Assembly (NCBI GenBank): GCA_004431415.1
Contig: QPMI01000097.1
Location: forward strand, 127,409-191,408
Source of the DNA: Cyanophora paradoxa CCMP329
Taxonomy: Eukaryota; Plantae; Glaucophyta
Reading direction: 5' to 3'
DNA: 64,000 nucleotides
Each line of letters begins with the position of its first letter. The first letter of the stretch is position 1. A model generated the notes under the pieces. It had not been told where the DNA came from. It was given only the letters and a program-made list of their open reading frames with translations, and did no database searches. Below, piece after piece: positions 55,630-64,000 of the stretch. The position numbers were made by a program, and so were the translations under genes.

Positions 55630-56607
55630 ATGAGCTTCGCGCCTTCGTCTTCGGTAAAGAAGCCGCCATTCGCGCCTTCATCGTCAACTGGTCTCAGCAA
55701 AGAGACCAGCGCTTTGCTGGAGGGTGCGCGGCGCATCTGCTAATCGGAGGGAGGGTGCGCGGCGCATCTGCTAATCAGGGGGTTTCGCTGCGCAGGGTTA
55801 GCTAAGCAGGCAGGAGTTCCAAAAGCGCACATGCGGCGCCTGGTCTCTGCAGTCTCCGCCACAGGGAGCCTACCTTCCCACCCGGTGAACGCCAGCCTTC
55901 GGGTAGGGCCGAGCAGGACGCGCAGCTGACGTCGAGCAGCTGCCGCCGTCGAGGATGGTACAGCCCGAGAACCCGTTCGGGACGCGGACGGTGTACTCGA
56001 TGCGGCCGGAGCGGAAGAAGAGCGAGGCGACGATCAGGCGGGAGGCGGAGCCGCCGCCGGTTTACCGCCCGCGGCCGGCCAAGTACAACTCCGCGAAGGA
56101 GAAAGACCGCCTACAGTTCAAGAACGTGCGGCCCAGGGCTCGCGAGCCTCGGAGCATCGGCGTGACGGGCGGGGGCGCAGGAGTTCGGGCAGACGCGGGA
56201 GGAGATGGCGGCGGCGGCGGCGGCCAACCCGCGCGTCTCGTCGGCGCCGGAGCCCGTGGACCGCTTCGACGAGGGTGCGCGGGGGCGGCGCGGAGGGCGC
56301 CCGTGCGCGCCCGAACGCGGCGGGGGCGCAGTGGTGATGGAGATCGAGGAGCGGGAGCGCTTCCTGGAGGAGATGCGCGGCATGGGCGCCGCGCACCAGT
56401 ACGAGGCGACCATCAAGGTACGCCCCCGGCGGCCCCGCCCCTGGTCTGGATCGAAGGCGCCCGGCCTCACGGGGGCCCCAGGGCGAGGTGGCGGAGCTCG
56501 TGCGGGAGCTGCGCGCCATCGACGCCGCGCGCGGGGGCGACGGCGGGCCCCGCCCCGCGCCCCGCGCCCGCGCCCTGCCCCCCGGCGCCGGCTACGCGAG
56601 CTCCTAG
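55630..56607 (+). CDS. UPF0193 / EVG1 (C22orf23-like) protein
   Basis: LSKETSALL, EKDRLQ, DRFDE|VVMEIEERERFLEEMRGMG...YEATIK|GEVAELVRELRAID. Confidence 0.82.
55719..55776 (+). repeat. Duplication (2 x 27 bp, 31-bp period) of a splice donor plus branch-point-like motif
   Basis: ggagggtgcgcggcgcatctgctaatc at 55719 and 55750. Confidence 0.9.
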
Positions 56608-56677
56608 CGGCCTGGTGGATGGAGGATGGAGCAGTACACTCTGCGGGGCGGGGCGGGGGGCGAGGGCCGGGGGGCCC

Positions 56678-58889
56678 TCACTTGGCGTCGAGGAGCTCGA
56701 CGTCGAAGTGGAGGGTGGCGTTGGGCGGGATGTCGGGCGGCGCGCCCCGCGGGCCGTACGCCAGGTTCGCGGGGATCACCAGCTTCCGCTTGCCCCCGAC
56801 CTGCATCGACGAGACGCCGATGTCCCAGCCCTTGATCACCTCCCCGATCCCTGCCCGGCGCGTGTCGGCGGGGGCGCGCGGGCGTGGCGGAACGGGGCGG
56901 GGCGGGGCGGCGGCGGGGGGTTGCCTCACCGAGGCGGAAGGAGAAGGGCGACTTGCCGAGGGACGAGTCGAAGATCTTCCCGTTGGGGAGGCGCCCCGTG
57001 TAGTGCACCGTCACCTTCTTCCCCGGCTGCGGCTTCTGCTCCCCGCCCCCGCGTCTCAGCGCCCCCCGCCGCCGCCGCCGGGGCGGCCGCCGGCGCGGAC
57101 CTTGCCGGTCCCGGGCTTGACGTCTTCGGGCGGCCGGGCGAGCGACGCGTCAGAACGTCGTGGCTTTGCGAGCGGCGAATCAAGGAGAAGTACCCTCGAA
57201 GCTGAGGCCCGACGGGTGCTTGACAGGCCTGTGCCAGCCCAGCAGAGCCGGGTGAGTGAGAATGCAGAGGGGCACAAGGCGGCCCCCTCCCCCCGCGCCC
57301 CGCCCCGGCATCGGAAATGAACGGCTCGGAACTCAATTAAACACATCACTGTAGGTTCGTTGCTAGAGCTAGGGCGAGGAGTGGAGCGGTGGGACTGGAG
57401 CTAGAGCTAGCGTCTAGGTCCGGCGCCCGTGGGCCGCTTCACTTCTTCTTGGGCTGGCCCTGGGGCTTCCCCTGCCCGCCCTGGGGCTTCCCGGACTGGC
57501 CCCCCTTCCTGCACGGGCCCCCGGGCAACGTTAGCGCCCGCTAGAAACCCTAGAAGATGGGGGGACGCACCCGCCCTGGGGCTTCTGTCCGCTGCCGGGC
57601 GACGCCGGCTTGCCTGCCTGGCCCGCGTTGGCGGGCGTGCCCGGCTTCTGCTGCTGCTGCTTGTTGCCGGGCGTCTGCGGCTTCTGCTGCTGCTGGCCGG
57701 CGGGCGTCTGCGGCTTCTGCGGCGGCTGCTGGCCCTTCTGGCCGGCGGGCGTCTGCGGCTTCTGCTGCTGCTGGCCCTTACCCTGATCCTTGCCGGGCGT
57801 CTGCGGCTTCTGGCCCTGCTCGACCTTCTGCTTCTTCTCCGGCTGCTGCTGCTGGGGCTTCTTGGCTTCCTGCGGCCGCTTGTCGCCCGGCTTGGCGCCC
57901 TTCGGCGGCGCCGGCTCGTCCTCATCGTCCTCGTCATCGTCCTCGTCGTCGCCCTGCCCGCGCATGTCAAGAGGGGCGCGCGCTCGGGCGATTCCGCGCT
58001 AAGCACCTCGCTGCCGTCGTCCATCATGTCGCCGTCGTCGTCGTCTGCTTTCGATTCAGGTCGGATTGAAAGAAAGAAAAGGAGAGCGCCGAACCAGAGT
58101 CGCCCTCGCTGTCGCCGCCCTTGCCGGCCATCAACTTTGCGAGCATCGCTTTGGAGATCGCTGCAGGCTCATTCGATCACGTGTAACGATGAAAAAGAGT
58201 AATGCATGGCACGTACGCTGGCCCTTGCCGCCCATCGGAGGCCGCATGATGCCGCCCTCCTCATCGTCCGACTCGCTGCAAGTATGCGTGAGCGTCGCGA
58301 TCGGCGGCCACCGTAAGCCGCAACGACGAACCCTTCCTCATCAGACATGTCCTCGTCGTCCATAGCCATGCCCTCCGGGACGTAGTAGCCGAGGAGGCTG
58401 ACGGGGGCCGAGCCCTGGGCGGTGAAAGAGCACTCCACATCGGCGGTCAGAATGATGTCAAGCTGTGCATGCGGACGATTAGAAGCGCTCGAAACGAACG
58501 TCGGCAACATCCGATCGAAAATCGCGAGCGCACCGCTGCTTGGTCGGTCTTGCCGCTGACGAGTGTGCAGATCGTGTGCTTCTGGTCGCCGACAGTGACG
58601 AGAAGGGCAACCTTCTGGTTGTCGCCCTTCGCGCCAGCCGCGATCGCGGCCTGCGTTACGTGGAAAGTGCTGGTGGGTTCGGGAAGCGCGAGGGAATCGC
58701 GGGCGGCGCGACACGTACATTCGACAGATGCAGATTCTGGGCGGGTGTGACCTTCTCGGTCTGCCCAGCCTTGAGTTCCAGGCCTGCGTACGTACGCCAG
58801 GCGGGCGATCCCGAGCGCGTCAGCCAAGCGGGCTTTGCGCAGGATGCCGCGAGCGAAAGGAGCGCGAGGTGATGCTCACCCCAGAACAT
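56678..58889 (-). CDS. FKBP53: Nucleoplasmin-like-domain FKBP (FKBP53/Fpr3/Fpr4 type); short isoform may end at 57439
   Basis: MFWG|[28 protein letters not shown], acidic tracts, KPQTP repeats; FKBP domain [16 protein letters not shown]...[10 protein letters not shown]...[13 protein letters not shown]...[14 protein letters not shown]. Confidence 0.93.
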
Positions 58890-59098
58890 CTTTGTGAACG
58901 AAGAGGGGCTCAAGCACAGAACCGGCTTTGGAACGAGCCGAACTGTACCCCCGATCCAGATCGCCTGTACCCGGACCGGCTGTCTTTCACAGTATTTGCA
59001 AGGCTGCTGCGCCAGCTGCAGCGCGCCGCCCACGCGGTAGCGCCGCTCTAAGCGGTAGCAGTGATCCAGGAGGTCGAGCGAGCGAGGAACGCTTCGCG

Positions 59099-62021
59099 AT
59101 GCCGGACCTGAGCGCCAAGGCGAAGAAGGGGAGCGCCGACTTCAAGGTACTCGGAATCTGCGAGCTTGTGCGCTCCGCTGAAGCGCCCGCAGAAAAGCAA
59201 GATCAAGATCGGCCGCAAGCTAGCCAAGCCCGCGAACCAGACATCGACAGACTTCAAGAGCAAGAGTACGCGCGATCGCCGGCGCGAGCAGCGCCAGCGG
59301 CCGCGCACGCGCGACTGAGGGCCGGCCTGCGCCAGGACTCCAGATCCTCAACCAGAGCGTGACCGAGGACAAGGGCAGCTTCGTGAACCAGCGCAAGCTC
59401 AATCTCGCGGATCTGCTCTCGCAGTCGAAGCACTACAGCCCGAACGTCCGCCGCGGTGCGCCGGCCGAGGAGAGCGCCGGCTGCGGGGGGGCGAGGGCCG
59501 AGGGCGGGGCGGGCAGATGCGCTGTTCGGGCTGAAGGACCTGCTGGAGCGGCACCCGGGGGCGATGGCGGGGCACGTGGGGGCGGTGCTGGAGGCGCTGT
59601 GCGAGCGGGTGGCGGACCCCGAGGCGAGCGTGCGGCACGCCCTCCGCGTCGCCTTCGCCCACGTCGCCGGCCTCCTCGACGAGGTCCGCCCCGCCCCGCC
59701 CCGTCCCGCCCGCCCCGCGCTCGCTCGCCGGGGCGGGGCCGAGGCGGGGCGCGCAGGCGCAGGTCGGCCCCTTCGCGGGGCTGCTCGTGGTGCACCTGTG
59801 CAGCGGGATGACGCACATCGCCGAGCGCGTGCGCCTCGACGCGCTGCCCCTCCTCGACACCCTCGTCGACCGCTTCCCCGCCGCCCTCGCCCCGCACGCC
59901 CCAAGGTCCGCCCCGCCCGCCCGCCCCGCCGGGAGCGGGGCTGAGGCGGGGCGGGCAGCTGCTGCCGAACTACGCGCACATCCTCGCCAACCGCTCCCGC
60001 CCGTCGCCTCCAGCGCCGCCCCGCCTCCTCCACCGGCCAGGGCCCCGCCGCCCCCGCCTCCGCGTGCGCCCGCGCCGGCGCCGGCCCCGGGGCGCGTGCG
60101 GCGGGCGCCGGGCGCTCACGGCGGCGCAGGCGCGCCGCGACGGTCCTCAAGAGCCTTCACGCCTTCGCCCTCCGCATCCTCGCCCCCAGGGCCAGCCGCC
60201 CGCCCCGCCGGCCCCGCCGCCCCGGGAGCCGGCGCCCGGCCCGCAGGCCTCCACCTCCGCGGCGCTGCTGGCCGCGAGTGGCTCGCCCCGAGCGGCTGCC
60301 GCGTGTCGCTCGAGGCCCACCGCCGGCCCCGCCGCCCGGCGCCCCAGATGCCGCCCTCCCGCCCTTTCGCGCCTCGCCGCGGGGCCGGGGCCGGGTGGGG
60401 CGGGGCGGGGCGGGGCCGGGCCGGGCGGCGGGGAGCGGCTGGTGGGGCTCCTGGTGGAGGTGGCGGGGAGGCGGTGGCGGAGGAGGCGGGGCGCCCTCGG
60501 GGGACGCCCTCGCCGCCCTCCGCGCCGCCGCCGACGTCCTCGCCCTCCTCCTCGCCTCCCCGCCGCCGGCCCGGCCGCCGCCGCCGCCTGCGCCCGCGGC
60601 CTCGCCCGCGCCGTCCTCCCCCGCTTCCCCTCGAGGCCCCCGCCGACGACGAGTCCCTCCTCACCCCGACGGCCTCCAGGCCCGCCCCGCCCCGCCCGCC
60701 CGCCCCAGCCACCTCCGCTGACAGCACGGCAGCGGTTCGGGCAGGCGGCGGGGCGAACGTGGCGCTGTGCGAGGCGCTCTCGTTCGGGCTGGAGGTGCGT
60801 GCGGGGCGGGCGGGGAGTGGCCCCCCTGGGCCCGCGCCGTCGCCTCCTACGTCCTCGCCCTCCTCTCTGACCGCGTCCGCCCCTCCGCCCGCCCCGCCGC
60901 CCGCCCCGCGCGAACCGAGGGGGCTGTCTCGCAGGGCCTGGCGGCGGGGAGCGGGGCGCGGCGCGGGCGGCGGGGGTGATCGAGAAGCTGACGCCGGGGC
61001 CCTCGGGGTGCTGGAGCGGCTGCTGGCGGCGGCGGCGGGCGGCCGGCCCTCGGCGAGCCCCTCTGGGGCGCCGCCCTCGCCGCCTTCGAGCGCGCCCACG
61101 CCCTCTCCCGCGCCAAGCGCCGCGCCCTCGACACCCTCGCCGGCGCCCTCCTCCCCCCCGCCCGGGCGCCCCGCGGCTCGCCCCGGCGCCCCCGCGCTGG
61201 CGGGGGCTGCGGTGCGGGGCTGGTGAAGCTGCTGTGCCAGCTGCGGGGCCGGGCCCCGAGGCGGCCGACGCCGCCCTCCGCCTCCTCGCCGCCGCCGCCC
61301 GCCTCCCCTCGCCGCCGCCCCCGCGCCCTCCGCGCCTCCCTCGCCCGCTCTTCGCCATCGAGGGTGCCCCCGCGCCCCGCCCCCCGCCCCGCCCCCGCCC
61401 CCGCGCGCTCGCTGAGGCTGCGGGGCAGGGGCCGGCGGCCGGCGGACGGGGGCCCGGTGGTGCACCTGACGGAGGGGCAGCAGCGGGCGGCCGTCGAGCT
61501 GCTCTTCCACGCCGCCGCCGGTGACGAGCTCCTCCCCGCCCCGCTCCTCTCCGCCCTCGCCTTCGCCTGCAACGGCCGCCCCGCCCGCCGCCCCCGCCTG
61601 CTCCGCGCCGCGCGCCCTGAGGCGCGGGGGCGCAGCGGGGACGCTGCCGAGGCGACGGTGCGGCACGCGGCGGAGGTCATCTGCGCCGCCGCCGCCGCCC
61701 GCGGCCCCGCCGCCGCCCCCGCCGCCGGCTTCCTCCTCTCCCTCCTCGCCGCCGCCCCGCCCGCCGCCGCCGCCGCCCGCGCCCCGCCGCCGCCGCCGCC
61801 CTGCGCTCCCTAGACGCCGGCCTGCCGCCCCCGGGGACCGTCCTCGCCCTCGCCCGCGCCGCGCCCGCCGCCTCCTCGAGCGCCCCGCCCCCGGCCCCGC
61901 GGTGCGCAGGCCCGCGCCCCGCGCCCCGGCCCCGCCGACGCGTCGCGCAGGACGGAGCGGCGCGGGAGGCGGGGGCGGCGGCCGTCCGCGCCCTCCTCGC
62001 TGCCCTCGAGACCGGCCCTGA
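59099..62021 (+). CDS. TEX10: TEX10/Ipi1 (Rix1 complex subunit); 3' end approximate
   Basis: ADFK|KSKIKIGRKLAKPANQTSTDFKSK, LLSQSKHYSPNVRR|DAL.GLKDLL, SGMTHIAERVRLDAL..LD.L. Confidence 0.93.
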
Positions 62022-62112
62022 CCCGCCCTCCCCAACACGCCCCCTCCCTCCCATTCCCCGCCCCCGCCAGCATCCGTGTGAAGAGATGCGAGGCGCGTAC
62101 ATTACTGCAGGC

Positions 62113-64000
62113 CTAGGAGGGCCTGCCAGAGGTGCAGGGAGGAAGTGGAGGGGTACGCAAAGGAGGCAAGTGGGCGGGTGCGCGAGGGCTAGAGGGGCGC
62201 GGCGGGAAGGGCGCGGCGCCGCCAATGCGGCTGGAGGCGTAGTGGAGGGCGAGGCCGTAGGCGCGGGCGGCGGGCGAGGCGGCGCCCGAGCCGAGGCGGG
62301 CGGAATCCGGAGAGGCGGCCTGGGCGGCGGCGGCGCGCACGTGGCGGCAGGGGACGCGCCCCATGGAGAGGGCGACCCGCAGGGGACGCAGTAGCCCCGC
62401 GGCGCGTGCCGGCACGTCCGCGAGTGGTACTTCGTCCCTCTGCCCCCGCCGCCCGTCGGCCCGCGCGCGGCGGGGGAGGCGGGGCGGGGAGGGCGGCGGG
62501 GGGTACCGGTGGTGATGAAGACGAGGTCGGGGTCGACCATGTTCATGGCGAGGTCCCCGCCCCCCGCCTCCCCGCCGCCGCCGGCGCCGAGTGCCGCGCC
62601 CGCGCCGCCCGCGCCGGCGGGGGCGGCGCGGCTGCGCGGCGGCCTGCGCGGCGGCGGCGGCCTCGAGCGCGCGGGCGCGGGCCTTGACCGCGCTGATCAC
62701 CTGCGCCCCCCGAGATCCGACCGGTCGGTGGCGCGAGCGAGCGAGCGGGCGGGCGGGGCGGGGCGGGCCTCGTCGGTGCGCTGCATGAGCTGCTGGAGGC
62801 CGCCGGCCGACTCGACGGAGGAGGCCGTCGAGGGCCCGCCCCCGCCGACGCCCGCCCGCCCCCGCCCCGATGGGGCGGCTGAGGAGGCCGAGGCGGCCGA
62901 CGAGGGAGACCCGAGCTGCAGCTGCCGCGCCGCCCGGCCCCGCGGCTGCGGGCTCGCCCCGCCCGCCCCGGCGCCGGCGGGCTCGCCGGCGGGGCGGGCC
63001 CGCCGCGGCCCCGCCCCGCCTCGTCTCCCGCCTCCACTGCGATCTGCGGCGCGCCCTCAGAGGCGGGGCCCGACGCAGGCAGCCAGGGCAGGGCAGGGCG
63101 GCGGCGCCCGCTTGCGCGCACCCGGATGCGGGCCGGCGTGCTCCCGGCGCTCGCCCCCGCCCCGCCGTCGCCGTCGTCGCCGGCGTCGCCGGCGTCGCGG
63201 GGGCCGCCGGCGCCGCCCCCGCCGCGGCCCCGCGCGGGGCGTCGTCGGCCGGTGGACGCGTCGCCGCTGGGAGCCGGCGCCTGCGCGGCGGGGGCGCCGC
63301 CTGGGGCGGCAGCGCGCCCGCGGGGTCGGCTGCGCGCTCGCCCCGCCCCGCCTCCAGCGCGGCCTCGGGGGCCGGCTCCCCCCCAGCCGCCGGGCCAGCC
63401 GCTCCGTCAGGTCCTGCCCCGCCCCCGCGCCCCCTCAGGCCCCGGCCGCAGGGCGGGCGGGCGAGGCGGGGCGGACGCGGCAGAGGGCGCGGGCGCGGTC
63501 GAGCTCGTCCTGGGCGCGGGCCTGCTCGGCGCGAGCGGCGGCCGCCTGCGCGTCCCCTCCACCACCAGCGAGCGCAGCGACTCCCGCTCCCCCTCCAGCT
63601 CCCTGCCCCTCCCCGCGTCGCGCGGGCGCCGCGCAGGAGGCGAGGCGGGGCGGACGGATGCGGTCGCGGAGGGCGTCGTACTCGGCCTCGTCGCGGCGCT
63701 TGCGGGCGCGCTCCGCCTCCAGCTCGCCCCGCGCCTCCTCGAGGCGCGCCTCCGCCCCCCGCAGCGCCTCGCGGGCCGCCTCGGCGGCCCGCTCCTGGCC
63801 CTCCAGGCTCTCCTTCAGCTCCGCCCGGTCCAGCCGCACCCCACCATCTGCCCCCAAAGCCCCTCAGCCCCACCCCGCCGGGCAGGGCGTCGGCGCGCGG
63901 CGGGGCGAGGGCACGCCTGCTGGGTGCAGGCCTCGAGCTCGAGCCGCAGCCGCGCGCCTCGTCCTGCTCCCGCGCCGCCGGCCCGTGAGCGAGGCGAGGC
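62113..64000 (-). CDS. Partial hypothetical coiled-coil protein with C-terminal Ada-like metal-binding motif
   Basis: Coiled coil LKESLEGQERAAEAAREAL...AEYDALRDR; C-terminal VFITTG|TKYHSRTCRH...A.SMG.VPC; start lies beyond the window, stop uncertain. Confidence 0.55.
   Translation of the reverse strand, partial: PRLAHGPAAREQDEARGCGSSSRPAPSRRALAPPRADALPGGVGLRGFGGRWWGAAGPGGAEGEPGGPGAGRRGGPRGAAGGGGAPRGGAGRAGGGARPQAPRRGRVRRPPRPHPSAPPRLLRGARATRGGAGSWRGSGSRCARWWWRGRAGGRRSRRAGPRPGRARPRPRPLPRPPRLARPPCGRGLRGRGGGAGPDGAAGPAAGGEPAPEAALEAGRGERAADPAGALPPQAAPPPRRRRLPAATRPPADDAPRGAAAGAAPAAPATPATPATTATAGRGRAPGARRPASGCAQAGAAALPCPGCLRRAPPLRARRRSQWRRETRRGGAAAGPPRRRARRRRGGRGEPAAAGPGGAAAAARVSLVGRLGLLSRPIGAGAGGRRRGRALDGLLRRVGRRPPAAHAAHRRGPPRPARPLARSRHRPVGSRGAQVISAVKARARALEAAAAAQAAAQPRRPRRRGRRGRGTRRRRRRGGGGRGPRHEHGRPRPRLHHHRYPPPPSPPRLPRRARADGRRGQRDEVPLADVPARAAGLLRPLRVALSMGRVPCRHVRAAAAQAASPDSARLGSGAASPAARAYGLALHYASSRIGGAAPFPPRPSSPRAPAHLPPLRTPPLPPCTSGRPS

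Noticed and set aside
1-64000. Hundreds of long Arg/Gly/Pro/Ala-rich ORFs in the six-frame track (e.g. 32309-34885 minus, 49546-51417 plus, 60116-62038 minus)
   Set aside because: Shadow frames and intron read-through caused by scarce stop codons at very high GC; real proteins appear only after splicing

Overview
Eukaryotic nuclear DNA: very GC-rich, gene-dense and packed with short (mostly ~50-90 nt) introns, so the supplied unspliced ORF track is largely shadow ORFs. I rebuilt about 27 gene models by hand from conserved protein motifs and splice sites; exon boundaries are manual and some termini are approximate. Three genes (infA, CCB2, DUF2232) carry signal-peptide-free plastid transit peptides with a Phe near the N-terminus (MVAF, MAF, MPTAF). 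With a UPF0193 gene and a hybrid histidine kinase, this points to a glaucophyte alga such as Cyanophora (inference). Recognisable genes: mitochondrial uS2, NOL10, TMEM62, COG7, cyclophilin, beta-ureidopropionase, SMARCC/SWI3, CCB2, PRMT7-like, MFS transporter, IF-1, alkaline ceramidase, NOL9, DUF2232, hybrid His kinase, epsilon-COP, Methyltransf_16 enzyme, UPF0193, nucleoplasmin-FKBP and TEX10. Most interesting observations: (1) a protein of four tandem AGTRAP-like membrane modules fused to a GAS2/GAR microtubule-binding domain; (2) a nucleoplasmin-domain gene with an internal stop-carrying exon upstream of the FKBP exons, which could yield both HD2-like and FKBP53-like proteins; (3) a KIX-F-box-LRR fusion; (4) very frequent GC-AG introns (7 of 15 in NOL10); (5) alternating blocks of G-ending and C-ending synonymous codons phased with the splice sites; (6) a perfect 32-bp intergenic hairpin. 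No tRNA, rRNA, CRISPR array or transposase was recognised.
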